From Candidatus Oxydemutator sp. (GTDB lineage: Bacteria; Pseudomonadota; Gammaproteobacteria; Poriferisulfidales; Oxydemutatoraceae): a stretch of 64,000 bases of DNA. This document shows positions 36,775 to 49,471 of the stretch, piece by piece (within the stretch, counting starts at the first letter, position 1; each line of letters starts with the position of its first letter). The notes below the pieces were generated by a model. That model was not told where the DNA came from, searched no databases, and worked only from the letters and a program-made list of their open reading frames with translations. The stretch is from positions 320,001-384,000 of the forward strand of contig OZ241883.1 of assembly GCA_965203445.1 (NCBI GenBank), read 5' to 3'. The translations under genes were made by a program, and so were the position numbers.

Positions 36775-38150
36775 CAGTCCGCTCCTTTTTTCTTCTTGCG
36801 CGGGCGGCGCCAGCCTGGAACGGTCTTCTGCTCGCTGCGCGTCAGCGTCAGCGCGCCGGCTTCGGCGTCGCGCGTGATCGTCGAACCGGCACCGATGGTC
36901 GCGCCGTCGCCGATGGTGACCGGCGCGACGATTTGCGAGTTCGAACCGATGAACACGTCGTTGCCGATGACGGTGCGATGCTTGGCGGCGCCGTCGTAGT
37001 TGCAGGTGATGACGCCGGCGCCGACGTTGGTGGCGGCGCCGATCTCGCCGTCGCCGACGTAGCTCAGGTGGTTGACCTTGGTGGCGGCACCGATCTCGCT
37101 GTTTTTGACCTCGACGAAGTTGCCGATGCCGACCTCGTCGGCAAGCACCGTTTGCGGACGGATCCTGGCGTAGGGGCCGACGCGGCAACGCGCGCCGATA
37201 CGCGCGCCGTCAATGAAGGAATACGGCTCGATTACGCTGCCGGCGCCGACCGTGACGTCGCGCAACGTGCTGTAGGCGCCGACCGTGACGTCGTCGCCGA
37301 GAACGACTCGGCCCTCGAGAACGACGCCGACGTCGAACAGGACGCCGGCGCCAAGCGTCACGTCGCCGCGCACGTCGAGGCGGTTCGCGTCGCGCACGCC
37401 GGCGCCCGCGGCCATCAGCGCACGGACGCGGCGTCGTTGCAGAATGCGCTCGGCGCTTTCGAGCTGCACGCGGTCGTTGACACCCGACGTTTCGGTGATG
37501 TCTTGAACTTCGTGCGCGACGACGCGCAGTCCGCGCGCAACCGCGATGCCTACACAATCGGTCAGGTAATACTCGCGCTGGCTGTTGTCGCAGCCGACCT
37601 TGGCGATCATATCGCGCAGCAGCGACGCCTTCGCCGCCGTCACGCCCAGGTTGACCTCCATCAACGCGCGCTGCTCCGGCGTGGCGTCGCCCTCCTCGAC
37701 GATGCCGGTAATCTCGCCGCGCTCATCGCGCAAGATGCGCCCGTAACCGGTCGCTATCACGAGCTCCGCGGTCAGCAGCGAAACGTCGGCGTGCGCAAGG
37801 CCGGCGAGCACGCCGCGGTAGGTATCGAGACGGAGCAACGGCACGTCGCCGTAGGTAATCAACGCGACGTCGTCGCCTGGCAACGCCGGCAACGCGCACG
37901 AAACCGCATGCGCCGTACCCCGCTGCTCGCGCTGCTCGTGCCAGACGAGATCATCGCCGTCAAACGCCGCCCGCACCGCCTCCGCGCCGTGGCCGACGAC
38001 GACGTGCACCGCGTCCGGCCCAAGCCGCCGCATCGCGCCGATCACGTGCCCGAGCAACGGACTGCCGCCCAGGTCGCACAACACCTTGGGCCCCGTGGCC
38101 CCCATGCGCGTGCCTTCCCCGGCGGCCAAAATAATAGCTGAGAATTTCAT
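36774..38150 (-). CDS. glmU: Bifunctional UDP-GlcNAc pyrophosphorylase / GlcN-1-P acetyltransferase
   Basis: LAAGEGTRM, EYYLTD, GNFVEVK, NYDGAAKH. Confidence 0.96.
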   Translation of the reverse strand: MKFSAIILAAGEGTRMGATGPKVLCDLGGSPLLGHVIGAMRRLGPDAVHVVVGHGAEAVRAAFDGDDLVWHEQREQRGTAHAVSCALPALPGDDVALITYGDVPLLRLDTYRGVLAGLAHADVSLLTAELVIATGYGRILRDERGEITGIVEEGDATPEQRALMEVNLGVTAAKASLLRDMIAKVGCDNSQREYYLTDCVGIAVARGLRVVAHEVQDITETSGVNDRVQLESAERILQRRRVRALMAAGAGVRDANRLDVRGDVTLGAGVLFDVGVVLEGRVVLGDDVTVGAYSTLRDVTVGAGSVIEPYSFIDGARIGARCRVGPYARIRPQTVLADEVGIGNFVEVKNSEIGAATKVNHLSYVGDGEIGAATNVGAGVITCNYDGAAKHRTVIGNDVFIGSNSQIVAPVTIGDGATIGAGSTITRDAEAGALTLTRSEQKTVPGWRRPRKKKKGAD

Positions 38151-38289
38151 GCGGTACTTATCCGCGCGGCATTATAAAGGGACTTGCATGGAGATTATAT
38201 ACACGGCCACACAAAGACTTGGCGACAGTGGACGGTGGTTGCCAGTGCGTGAAGCGTCGAATTACAAAACGGCGCCTGTTCATTATTTT

Positions 38290-38336
38290 CCCTCGCCCTC
38301 ACCCGGCCCGCGGCAGACCCTCCCAGAGGGAGGGGA
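38290..38336. repeat. REP-like element CCCTCACCCGGCCC...CCCTCCCAGAGGGAGGGG
   Basis: Same palindrome family as 15417-15498 and 46952-47041. Confidence 0.6.
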
Positions 38337-38338
38337 TT

Positions 38339-38563
38339 TTACGGAATAAAATATCTGGAAACCGCACCGAGAATAACGACGGCGACAGTAGCCAGAATCC
38401 ACTTTATTACCACTAATTGTGACTTGATGCCTTCTATTTCAACGGACGTCGCCACGTGCTTCACATGCTCTTCCAATCTTACCAACCTTGCCCTCGTATC
38501 ATCTCTTCCGCCACCCCCGTTCCCGCCGGACGTCCTATGCTTGTCAAAAGGTACACCCTTCAT
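38339..38563 (-). CDS. Small coiled-coil protein with C-terminal TM helix (XhlA/DUF1640-like)
   Basis: RLVRLEEHVKHVATSVEIEGIKS followed by KWILATVAVVILGAV. Confidence 0.55.
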   Translation of the reverse strand: MKGVPFDKHRTSGGNGGGGRDDTRARLVRLEEHVKHVATSVEIEGIKSQLVVIKWILATVAVVILGAVSRYFIP

Positions 38564-38568
38564 CGTCG

Positions 38569-38733
38569 TATAGAACCATCCGCTATCGCCCGCACCCGGG
38601 CACGCGCGCGACGGCGCGCAAACTTGCGGACACTACCGGCGCTTGTCGGTTTGTATGGAACCATTTTGTGGCCAAGTTGCGAGAGGAGTACCGATGTTAC
38701 GGCAAAAGCGAGTTTCGGTTTTTCACCGCGGGC
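38569..38733 (+). mobile_element. IS200/IS605 TnpB (OrfB) N-terminal remnant
   Basis: YRTIRYRPHPGTRATARKLADTTGACRFVWNHFV matches the HTH_OrfB_IS605 pattern; no start codon or RuvC domain. Confidence 0.75.
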
Positions 38734-38759
38734 CTGATTGGGGGGAAGGTCACCGGCCA

Positions 38760-39666
38760 TCACTTGCCGCGCATTTTACCACGTATGCAGCCTTCGAGCT
38801 TGGCGAGCATTGGAGACTTATTCACGAACATTCGTGCCATACCACGCCACTGGATTCCAGTTATCAGGCTCATAAAACGGCCCGTATCTTTCCAAATATA
38901 ATCCCTGTATTCCGGCCGAATGGAAAAAATCCTGAGTTTCGGCGACGTCAGTACTACTCCGTCAACGCCCCGGAACAGGAGGCTCGGCTCCAGACTTTCC
39001 AGTATTTGTCGAGCGCCACGCGGTGTTATGAAATACATCTTGGTGTCCCGATTATCCTTAGACTTGTCCAAAATACAGAAGCGCTCGTCGAAGTGGCTGA
39101 AACCATAGCATTCGTTACAAAGCCATAGAATATCGGCATCTTCGCAAGGCATCTCAATCTTGTTCATGCTCATCGTCGGGCTGGGCAGTACGTCGTCCTC
39201 CACAACCAATACCCCCCCCCCCCCCCCCCCCATCACCGAGGGCGCCGATGAATCGCCAAGCCTCGATATGGGACAAGAAGCAGCCCGTTACTCCCGCATA
39301 CCAGTGCCAGACTCTTCTCCGAGCTCTTCTCACCAGGGGATACCGGGGATACATGTGCAGTGGTTTGAAAAAAGCACCGTAGCGAGACGCGAAGTCAATC
39401 GCGTTTTTCTCCCAACCCATTTTGAGCTTGAGACGTACGAAGGGACTGCGTTTGTCGCGCAACAGCGAGAAATTTTCCCAGTTGCGCATATCGAGGTGGT
39501 TTGCGTTGACGCCGATATATTTCACCGGCGGCAGTCGGCCCTGAAATTGGGACAAGTGGCGGACAAATCTTTTCTTCCGTCTCCTGCCGAGACCCGGAGG
39601 ATTGATCACCACCAGGTAGTCTATTTTGCGAAAGATACGACGCTGGGCCTCTTGCGGCGCGCTCAT
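38760..39666 (-). CDS. GT25-family glycosyltransferase split by a G20 tract (frameshifted, putative phase-OFF)
   Basis: N-part YLVVIN..GVTGCFLSHIEAWR; C-part VLVVEDDV in another frame; 20 C at 39212-39231; G19 would give one ~301-aa ORF. Confidence 0.85.
39212..39231. repeat. C20/G20 homopolymer tract
   Basis: Counted directly. Confidence 0.9.
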
Positions 39667-39670
39667 CAGG

Positions 39671-40099
39671 CTACTTCATCTTGCGCAGGCGCTCTATCAT
39701 GCGCAGTTGGGCCGCGATTTCGGCCAGTTCGGCCAGGGCCTTGGCGGCCTCGACGTCGGACAGTTTGGTTTGCAGCAGTTCCTCGGCGTGTTGCTTGGCC
39801 TCCAGGGCCTTGCTCTCGTCGAGATCGTCGCCGCGCATCGCGGTGTCGGACAACACCGTGACCTCGTCGGGTTGCACCTCGATGATGCCGCCGGAGACGA
39901 AGAAACGGCGGTCGGGTTCGCCCTCGATTCGCAGGCGCACCTCGCCCGGGCGCAGGCGCGACAAAAACGGCGCGTGTTGCGGGAAGATGCCGACCTCGCC
40001 CATCTCGGCGTCGGCGAACACGGCGTTGACCTCGCCGCTGAAGATCTGTTCCTCGGCGCTGACGATATGGGCGCGTATCGTACTCATCGTCGTAGTCAT
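39671..40099 (-). CDS. atpC: ATP synthase epsilon subunit
   Basis: HIVSAEEQIFSG, GIFPQHAP, VSGGIIEVQP. Confidence 0.95.
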   Translation of the reverse strand: MTTTMSTIRAHIVSAEEQIFSGEVNAVFADAEMGEVGIFPQHAPFLSRLRPGEVRLRIEGEPDRRFFVSGGIIEVQPDEVTVLSDTAMRGDDLDESKALEAKQHAEELLQTKLSDVEAAKALAELAEIAAQLRMIERLRKMK

Positions 40100-40125
40100 C
40101 GGGCGTGGCTCACGGCGCGACGCGG

Positions 40126-42400
<2,275 letters not shown>

Positions 42401-42440
42401 GATCCCGTTCTATGCTCCGTTGCCGCGACCGCGCTACCGG

Positions 42441-43982
42441 CTACCAGGCGCCCGTGACCTTGAACGATTCGAGCGCCTGCTTGAGGCGCTTCTCGACGTC
42501 GTCGTTGTAGTCGGCGCTCTCATCTATCTCATCCATCAGGGCGGCGTGGTCGGCGCGCATGTACGCGTGCAGCGCCTCCTCGAACGCGCCCACTTTGTCG
42601 GTGTCGACGTCGTCCAGGTAGCCGCGGTCGGCGGCGAACAGCGACACCGCCATCTCGGCGATCTTAAGCGGCGAATACTGCCGCTGCTTCGTCAGTTCCA
42701 TGATGCGCTCGCCGCGCTCCAGTTGCTTGCGCGTCTGCTCGTCCAAGTCCGAGGCGAACTGCGAAAACGCCGCCAGTTCGCGGTACTGCGCGAGCGCCAG
42801 ACGCACGCCGCCGCCGAGTTTCTTTATGATTCTGGTCTGCGCCGCGCCGCCGACGCGCGACACCGACAAGCCCGCGTTCATCGCCGGGCGGAAGCCGGAG
42901 TTGAACAGGTCGGTCTCGAGAAAGATCTGTCCGTCGGTGATCGAGATCACGTTGGTCGGCACGAACGCCGACACGTCGCCGGCCTGGGTCTCGATAATCG
43001 GCAGCGCCGTCAACGAACCGGTGCGCCCCTTGACCTTGCCGTCGGTACATTTCTCGACGTAGGCCGCGTTCACGCGCGCCGCGCGCTCGAGCAGGCGCGA
43101 GTGCAGGTAGAACACGTCGCCGGGGTACGCCTCGCGCCCCGGCGGGCGGCGCAGCAACAGCGAGATCTGGCGATAGGCCCAGGCCTGCTTGGTCAGGTCG
43201 TCGTAGATGATCAGCGCGTCGCGCCCGCGGTCGCGGTAGTATTCGCCCATCGCGCAACCGGAGAAGGGCGCCAGAAACTGCATCGAGGCCGGATCCGACG
43301 CGGCTGCTGCGACGACGACGGTGTGTTCCAGCGCGCCGTATTCCTCGAGCTTGCGCACGATGCCCGCGACCGACGACTGCTTCTGCCCGACCGCGACGTA
43401 GATGCACGTCAGATTGCCGCCCTTCTGGTTGATGATCGTGTCTATCGCGAGCGCGGTCTTGCCGACCTGGCGGTCGCCGATGATCAGTTCGCGCTGGCCG
43501 CGCCCTATCGGCACCATCGAGTCTATCGCTTTCAGGCCGGTCTGCACCGGTTGGCCGACCGACTGGCGCGTGATCACGCCCGGCGCGACCTTCTCGACCG
43601 GCGACGTCAACGGCGCGTTGATCGGCCCCTTGCCGTCGAGCGGATTGCCAAGCGCGTCCACGACGCGCCCCTCGAGTTCGGGGCCGACCGGCACCTCGAG
43701 TATGCGCCCGGTGCAGTGACAGACGTCGCCCTCTTTCAAGCCCTCGTAGTCGCCGAGCACGACGGCGCCGACCGAGTCGCGCTCGAGGTTCAGCGCCATG
43801 CCGTAGAGATCGCCGTCGAACTGGATCATCTCGCCGTACATCACGTCGTGCAGACCGTGCACGCGCACGATGCCGTCGGTGACGGCGACGACGGTGCCCT
43901 CGGTGCGCGCCTCGGGCGCGGTCTCGAAGTTCTCGATCTTCTGCTTGATGAGACCGCTGATCTCGGTGGGATTCAGTTGCAT
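42441..43982 (-). CDS. atpA: ATP synthase alpha subunit
   Basis: [20 protein letters not shown]. Confidence 0.98.
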   Translation of the reverse strand: MQLNPTEISGLIKQKIENFETAPEARTEGTVVAVTDGIVRVHGLHDVMYGEMIQFDGDLYGMALNLERDSVGAVVLGDYEGLKEGDVCHCTGRILEVPVGPELEGRVVDALGNPLDGKGPINAPLTSPVEKVAPGVITRQSVGQPVQTGLKAIDSMVPIGRGQRELIIGDRQVGKTALAIDTIINQKGGNLTCIYVAVGQKQSSVAGIVRKLEEYGALEHTVVVAAAASDPASMQFLAPFSGCAMGEYYRDRGRDALIIYDDLTKQAWAYRQISLLLRRPPGREAYPGDVFYLHSRLLERAARVNAAYVEKCTDGKVKGRTGSLTALPIIETQAGDVSAFVPTNVISITDGQIFLETDLFNSGFRPAMNAGLSVSRVGGAAQTRIIKKLGGGVRLALAQYRELAAFSQFASDLDEQTRKQLERGERIMELTKQRQYSPLKIAEMAVSLFAADRGYLDDVDTDKVGAFEEALHAYMRADHAALMDEIDESADYNDDVEKRLKQALESFKVTGAW

Positions 43983-44041
43983 GGTTCGGTTCCTTTGTGT
44001 AGTTCCCCTATGTTAACGACCGTTCCGCGCGGCCAATTCCG

Positions 44042-44590
44042 TCAGCGGCCCATCTCCACGGCCAATTTGGCCAGCCTGCTCTTGAGCGAACCGTCTATCA
44101 CCCAATCGCCGGCGCGCACGACGGCGCCCGCGAGCAACGATGCATCCACGCGGCACGTGACGTCCACGTCCTTGCCCATCCGCCGCGACAGCGCCTCGCG
44201 GATGGAGTCCTGCTGCGCCTGATCGAGTGCGAACGCGCTGATGATCTCGGCGCCGACGCGCTGCTCCGCGGCGGCGCGATATTCCTCGAACAATTCGGCC
44301 AACGGCACGGCCAGCGCCAGGCGGCGGTTCTCGGCGAGCAGCCGCACGAAATTGCGCACGTGGTCGGAAGGCGGTGCGTCAAGCACGGCACCTAGCGCGC
44401 CGTTGATCAAGTCGGCCACGTGTGCCGGCGGCTGGCGCGGGTCGCGCACCAGGCGCGCGACCGTCTCGTCCACCGCGATCGCGGCCAACGCCGCCAGCGC
44501 ACCCGACCACCGTGCGATTGCACCGTGTTCGTCGGCGAACTCGAACGCGGCCCGCGCATAGGGCCTTGCCGCCGTTACCAGTTCCGACAT
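44042..44590 (-). CDS. atpH: ATP synthase delta subunit
   Basis: ARPYARAAF, VIDGS. Confidence 0.95.
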   Translation of the reverse strand: MSELVTAARPYARAAFEFADEHGAIARWSGALAALAAIAVDETVARLVRDPRQPPAHVADLINGALGAVLDAPPSDHVRNFVRLLAENRRLALAVPLAELFEEYRAAAEQRVGAEIISAFALDQAQQDSIREALSRRMGKDVDVTCRVDASLLAGAVVRAGDWVIDGSLKSRLAKLAVEMGR

Positions 44591-44616
44591 CGCAAACGGT
44601 CCGCCAACGACCCCGT

Positions 44617-45090
44617 CTAAGCGAGGCGGCTTTCCAGTTCCTTCAGCGCCGCCGCGTGCGCGCCGCTATCCACTTCCCTGCGCAGGATGCGCTCGCTGCC
44701 GGCGACGGCGAGGGCGCCGACTTCGCGTCGCAGGCTTTCGCGCGCCTGCAGAACCTGCCGTTCGATCTCGCCCTGCGCCGCGTGCTTGATGCGCTCCGCC
44801 TCCTCGCGCGCGGTGACTTTCGCGTCCTCGACGATGCCGGTCGCGCGCTTCTCGGCCTGCGCGATGACGCCGGCGGCTTTTTCGCGCGCCTCGTCCTCGG
44901 CGGCGCGCGCGCGCGCCTGCGCCTCTTCCAGATCCTTGCGGCCCTGCTCGCCGGCGGCAAGACCCTCGGCCACTTTCCTGCGTCGCTCCTCGAGCGCGCC
45001 GGTCAGCGGGCCCCACAGGAAGCGGTTGACGAGCCAGATCAGGATCAGGAAAGCCGCGACCTGCGCGAACAGCGTTGCGCTGATGTTCAT
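44617..45090 (-). CDS. atpF: ATP synthase b subunit
   Basis: [12 protein letters not shown] plus coiled coil. Confidence 0.95.
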   Translation of the reverse strand: MNISATLFAQVAAFLILIWLVNRFLWGPLTGALEERRRKVAEGLAAGEQGRKDLEEAQARARAAEDEAREKAAGVIAQAEKRATGIVEDAKVTAREEAERIKHAAQGEIERQVLQARESLRREVGALAVAGSERILRREVDSGAHAAALKELESRLA

Positions 45091-45096
45091 AGGATC

Positions 45097-45381
45097 TTAG
45101 AGCGGGAGCGCCGCGCCGAGCGCCCCGACGAACGGGTTGGCGAACAGAAACCACATCGCAAACGCCAGGATGATGAACGGGAACGACTCCATCAGCCCGG
45201 CGAAGATGAACATGTTGGTCATCAGCTGCGGGCGCAGTTCCGGCTGGCGCGCGATGCCTTCGAGCGTCTTGGCGCAGATCAGGCCCCAGCCAATGGCCGA
45301 ACCCAGTCCCGCGGCGGCCAGGATTACGCCGACGCCTACGGCGGTGTAGGCGTAGATGGTAGCAATCATGTCAGGTGTCAT
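45097..45381 (-). CDS. atpE: ATP synthase c subunit
   Basis: ARQPE loop, GLMESFP. Confidence 0.95.
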   Translation of the reverse strand: MTPDMIATIYAYTAVGVGVILAAAGLGSAIGWGLICAKTLEGIARQPELRPQLMTNMFIFAGLMESFPFIILAFAMWFLFANPFVGALGAALPL

Positions 45382-45409
45382 TACTTTCTCCTTTGTTGGT
45401 TCTACTTTG

Positions 45410-46243
45410 TTAGTGTTCTTCCTGATGCGCCATGCCGAGATAGACCACGGTCAGCACCATGAAAATAAACGCCTGCAACGTCACCACGAGCAGGTGAAAT
45501 ATCAGCCACGCCAAGTCGAGGCTGACCTGCAACGGCAGCCAGAACAACGCGGCAAAACCGACCGCGAGCGTTCCGCCGATCAGCGCGATCAACAAAAACA
45601 CCAGCTCGCCGGCGAACAGGTTGCCGAACAGACGCAGCGCGAGGCTCAGCGGTTTGGCCAGCTCCTCGATCGCGGTCATGACGACGTTGACCGGCACCAG
45701 GAACTTGCCGAACGGGTGAAACAGAAAAGTCCTCACGTAGCCGAGCGGCCCCTTGACCTTGACGCCGTAGAATATCGTCAGCGCGAACACGGTCAGCGAC
45801 AGCGCGAGCGTCGCGCTGATGTCGGTGGTCGGCACGACCTTGAGGTAGTCCACGCCGATCAATTTCGCCGCTTCCGGCAGCAGGTCCACCGGCACCAGGT
45901 CCATCGCGTTCATCAGCAGCACCCAGGTAAAGATCGTCAGCGCCATCGGCCCGATCAGCGGGTTGGTCTTCGGAAACACGTCGGCGACCTGCTTGTTGAC
46001 GAACTCGACCAGCACCTCGGCGGCGTTGACCAACCCCGACGGTTCGCCGGCGGTCGCGCGGCGCCCGATGCGCCACGCCAGCAGCACGATCAGCGCACCC
46101 AGCAGCACGCTGAAGAAAATCGTGTCCACGTGCCACGCGTTGAGTTTCAGCACCGAGTCGGATTTGCAGTCGGCGCCGACGCACAGGTTGGTCAGGTGAT
46201 GCTGGATATACTCGACGGTACCCAATTTTTCGCCGTCGCTCAT
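45410..46243 (-). CDS. atpB: ATP synthase a subunit
   Basis: [26 protein letters not shown]. Confidence 0.96.
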   Translation of the reverse strand: MSDGEKLGTVEYIQHHLTNLCVGADCKSDSVLKLNAWHVDTIFFSVLLGALIVLLAWRIGRRATAGEPSGLVNAAEVLVEFVNKQVADVFPKTNPLIGPMALTIFTWVLLMNAMDLVPVDLLPEAAKLIGVDYLKVVPTTDISATLALSLTVFALTIFYGVKVKGPLGYVRTFLFHPFGKFLVPVNVVMTAIEELAKPLSLALRLFGNLFAGELVFLLIALIGGTLAVGFAALFWLPLQVSLDLAWLIFHLLVVTLQAFIFMVLTVVYLGMAHQEEH

Positions 46244-46638
46244 TTGCGCGCCTCGCGCAGGCTCATCCAGTAGGCCAGGTAGCAGACGACGAAGGTGGCC
46301 AACATCGGCAGCGGCGGCAGTCGCAACGCCGCTATGCCGAGCACGAACGCCGCCAGCGTCAGTATCATGCGCGGCGCAATGCCGACCAACAACAATCCCG
46401 TGGTTACCATTTCTTTGTTTTCAAGCCGTTTGTCGAGACGCCTCAGCTGCACGGTGAGAAGCAGGGACAACAATATCGCAACCACTCCGCCGTAGAGCGC
46501 GGAAAGCGCCTGCTGCGCGGACGCGGTTCCCTGAAAGAATAGAAAACCTCCAGCCACTATCAACGCGGCCGCCACTTGGCGCCGCACGACCTTTCCGCCA
46601 ACGTCGCTCCACTCGTAGTTTCCGCGGGAACTCGTCAT
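46240..46638 (-). CDS. atpI: ATP synthase protein I
   Basis: 4-TM protein directly upstream of atpB; SALYGG. Confidence 0.8.
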   Translation of the reverse strand: MTSSRGNYEWSDVGGKVVRRQVAAALIVAGGFLFFQGTASAQQALSALYGGVVAILLSLLLTVQLRRLDKRLENKEMVTTGLLLVGIAPRMILTLAAFVLGIAALRLPPLPMLATFVVCYLAYWMSLREARK

Positions 46639-46720
46639 CCCCGCAAAAGCGGGAGCGCGCGCGGACGAGACACGGCCTTTTCTCCAATGCCGTGCATTGC
46701 GTACGGTTCGGGCAGAGATT

Positions 46721-46990
46721 TCAAGCCAGTAACTTGTGGATTTTCAGTATGCCGCCGACAAATCCGAGACTGGCGAATAGTAGCATGAAAAGCGGCCTCG
46801 TATCAAGCCACACGTCGGCCCAATAGCCCAGGATGAAGCCGCTCAAAACCATCGAGGCGAGGATCGTGCCGACGCCGATCAGTCCGAGACCGCGGGCCGG
46901 CCGGGAGCGGCCGGTGGGAACCGCTACTTTGCGACGGGTTCCGTCTTTCTCTCCTTTCCCTCCTTCGGGAGAGGACCCGTCAAACGTCAT
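46721..46990 (-). CDS. AtpZ/AtpI-family small membrane protein
   Basis: GFILGYWADVWLDTRPLFMLL; ATG overlaps the pyrF TGA (ATGA). Confidence 0.8.
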   Translation of the reverse strand: MTFDGSSPEGGKGEKDGTRRKVAVPTGRSRPARGLGLIGVGTILASMVLSGFILGYWADVWLDTRPLFMLLFASLGFVGGILKIHKLLA

Positions 46991-47041
46991 CCCGCCGCAC
47001 CACGTCCCCTTCCCCCTTCGCAACGGGGCCGGGGTAAGGGG
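46952..47041. repeat. REP-like palindromes embedded in the pyrF 3' end / atpZ 5' end
   Basis: tcctttccctccttcgggagagga and (minus) CCCCTTACCCCGGCCCCGTTGCGAAGGGGGAAGGGG. Confidence 0.5.
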
Positions 47042-47754
47042 CGCGCCGCAAAATGCTCCGCGATTCGGCGCTGCATTGCGCGCGCCGTCGCGCGCGGGTC
47101 GGCGGCCTCCCGAATCGGCCTGCCGACGACGACGTAGTCGGCGCCGCGCGCAAACGCCTCGCCGACGTCAACGGTGCGCTTCTGATCGTCGTCGTTGTCC
47201 ACCGGGCGGATGCCGGGCACGACGACGAAAAGCTCGTCGCCAAGCGCGGCGCGCAGCGCCGCCGCCTCCAGCCCCGAGGAGACGACGCCGTCGCAGCCGG
47301 CCCGCAACGCGCGCCTCGCGCGCGACAACACCAATTCGCCGACGTCGCATGCGAATCCGAGATCGCGCAGATCGTTGCGGTCGAGACTGGTGAGCGCGGT
47401 GACGCCTAAGATCTTCTGGCGCCCCTTCTCGGCGGCGGCGGCCCTGAGCATGTCCTCGTTGCCGTGCACCGACACGAAAGACGCGCCGCGTTCGCGCAAG
47501 CGGCGCACCGCGGCGCCGACGGTGCGCGGCACGTCGAAGAACTTGAGGTCGACGAACACTTTTTTGCCGGCGCCGACGAGTTCGCGCAACAGATCAAAGT
47601 AGCCGTCGCTCATGAACAGCTCGAGGCCGAGCTTGTAGAAGACGACCGCGTCGTCCAGCGTCGAGACCAGCTCGCGCGCGGCGCCGACTTCGGGCACGTC
47701 GAGGGCGAAGATCAGGCGCTCGGAGGGGAGGATCTGTTCTTTGGAGGCGGTCAT
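46987..47754 (-). CDS. pyrF: Orotidine-5'-phosphate decarboxylase
   Basis: LIFALDV, DLKFFDVPRTV, VPGIRP, DDQKR, VVGRPI; ATG 47754. Confidence 0.95.
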   Translation of the reverse strand: MTASKEQILPSERLIFALDVPEVGAARELVSTLDDAVVFYKLGLELFMSDGYFDLLRELVGAGKKVFVDLKFFDVPRTVGAAVRRLRERGASFVSVHGNEDMLRAAAAEKGRQKILGVTALTSLDRNDLRDLGFACDVGELVLSRARRALRAGCDGVVSSGLEAAALRAALGDELFVVVPGIRPVDNDDDQKRTVDVGEAFARGADYVVVGRPIREAADPRATARAMQRRIAEHFAARPLPRPRCEGGRGRGAAG

Positions 47755-47812
47755 TTGCGGAATTATAGCGGGTGCTCCGCCACGGCCTCGGATATTTGTT
47801 TGCGTCCGGCAA

Positions 47813-48967
47813 TCAAATGATGCCGCCGTCCCACAAATTCCTGACGAAAGTCTTGGCGGGCATGATTTCGATGCCGTCGTCGGTCCTTCTCGTGCGGGGT
47901 TCGCGGCATACGACGATGCGGCGCGCAACGTGCGGATGATCCAGAACGAGGCTGCGCAAGCCCCGCAAGTGGTCGCTTTGCGTGCGCGCGGTTGATTTTG
48001 CCTCGATGGCAACGCGCACGTCGCCGAGGATGAAATCCACCTCGACGCCGCTTGCAAGCCGCCAGTAATACAGGCCGGTATCGCATTCGCGGTAACTCAG
48101 ACAGGTGGACAGTTCGTGAAAGACCCAGTTTTCAAACGCCTTGCCGTACAGTTCCGAACCGGCGATCAGCTGGCCGCGCTTGGCCAGCCGATTCACGATG
48201 CCGACGTCGGCGAAATAAAACTTCGGCGCGCCGACTACGCGGCGTTTGGGCCGCCTGCGATAGGCCGGTAGCCATCTTGCAAGCAGCGTGTCTTCCAGGA
48301 TCCCGAAGTAATTCCTGACCGTCTGGTTCGACGTGCCGCATTCGCGGGCGACGTTCGAGAAGTTGACGATGTCGCCGTCGCTGAGCGCGGCGACGTCCAG
48401 GAAGTCGGAGAACGTCGGCAGGTTGCGCACCAGCCCTTCCGCCGCAATTTCCTCCTTCAGGTAATCGGCGACGTAGGCGTCGAGCAGGCGGCGTGGGCGC
48501 CCGGCCTGGTACACGTGGGGGAAATAACCGTAGTTGAGCATCCGATCCAAATCGAACGCGCGACCAAGTTCGCCGGCGGAAAGACCGTGCAATTCGTAGC
48601 GCACGGCGCGGCCCCCCAGGAGGTTGGCGCCACCCCGCCTCACCTTGCGCGCACTCGAACCGCAAAGCGCGAAGTGTGAACCGCGGTTTTCGATGAGCCA
48701 GTGGACCTCATCGAGCAACGTGGGAACCTTCTGGATCTCGTCAATCACGATTTGGCATTCCGGTTCCGCCGCCGCCGCCTCGATTTCTTCGCGCAGCAAT
48801 TCGGGGCGGGTGAGGTAACGGCGGAATTCCTCCGACTTCAGCAGATCAATCCAGCGGGCGTCCTTATAGGCTGTCCGCAATAACGTGCTTTTGCCGGTCT
48901 GGCGCGGCCCCCAAAGGAAGAAGGTCTCGCTTCCGGCGGGCGGAAGCGTAAGGTTTCGATGGAACAT
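47813..48967 (-). CDS. AAA_14 ATPase with DUF4143 (PD-(D/E)xK-like) domain
   Basis: GPRQTGKST, IDEIQK, GSSA, KFYFADVG, FENWV, EVDF..IEAK. Confidence 0.9.
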   Translation of the reverse strand: MFHRNLTLPPAGSETFFLWGPRQTGKSTLLRTAYKDARWIDLLKSEEFRRYLTRPELLREEIEAAAAEPECQIVIDEIQKVPTLLDEVHWLIENRGSHFALCGSSARKVRRGGANLLGGRAVRYELHGLSAGELGRAFDLDRMLNYGYFPHVYQAGRPRRLLDAYVADYLKEEIAAEGLVRNLPTFSDFLDVAALSDGDIVNFSNVARECGTSNQTVRNYFGILEDTLLARWLPAYRRRPKRRVVGAPKFYFADVGIVNRLAKRGQLIAGSELYGKAFENWVFHELSTCLSYRECDTGLYYWRLASGVEVDFILGDVRVAIEAKSTARTQSDHLRGLRSLVLDHPHVARRIVVCREPRTRRTDDGIEIMPAKTFVRNLWDGGII

Positions 48968-49057
48968 GAACTTCAATATATCATGATAATCTGAATTGAA
49001 ACTACAAATTATCCGGGCGCGCCCAGCCCATGAAAAGGCTGTTGTAGAATGGACGCC

Positions 49058-49471
49058 ATGGGACAAATTACGACGAAAATCCATCTGTCCAACCCACGCG
49101 ACGTTGATCTTGAACCGCTGGAGGTAGAGGCGCTCGTGGACACCGGGGCCGTCACGCTGTGCATTCCGGAGCATGTCGCCATTCAGTTGAATCTCGACGT
49201 GTTGGAGCAACGCGAGGTTACGACGGCGCAAGGGAAGCACAAATGCGATTACGTCGGCCCGGTGCAGATCCGGTTCGGGAACCGGTCGTGCTTCGGCGGC
49301 GCGCTGGTGCTAGGCGACGGCGTACTGTTGGGCGCGATTCCGATGGAGGATATGGACCTGGTCATTCGCCCCCTGGACGGAACGGTGGCGGTCAACCCGC
49401 AAAGCCCCAACATTCCGTCCGCGATTGTAAAGATGGGCGCGACGTGGAAAACCCGACCCGCCACCGGGTAG
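49058..49471 (+). CDS. Clan AA (retropepsin-like) aspartic protease
   Basis: ALVDTGAVTLCIP, LLGAIPMEDMDLV; ATG 49058 follows TAGAAT by 7 nt. Confidence 0.88.
   Translation: MGQITTKIHLSNPRDVDLEPLEVEALVDTGAVTLCIPEHVAIQLNLDVLEQREVTTAQGKHKCDYVGPVQIRFGNRSCFGGALVLGDGVLLGAIPMEDMDLVIRPLDGTVAVNPQSPNIPSAIVKMGATWKTRPATG

Noticed and set aside
45097-45381. Na+-translocating ATP synthase suggested by the ES motif in subunit c
   Set aside because: Other Na+ ligands (helix-1 Gln, Thr and Tyr after ES) are absent (GWG; ESFPF); likely H+-coupled.
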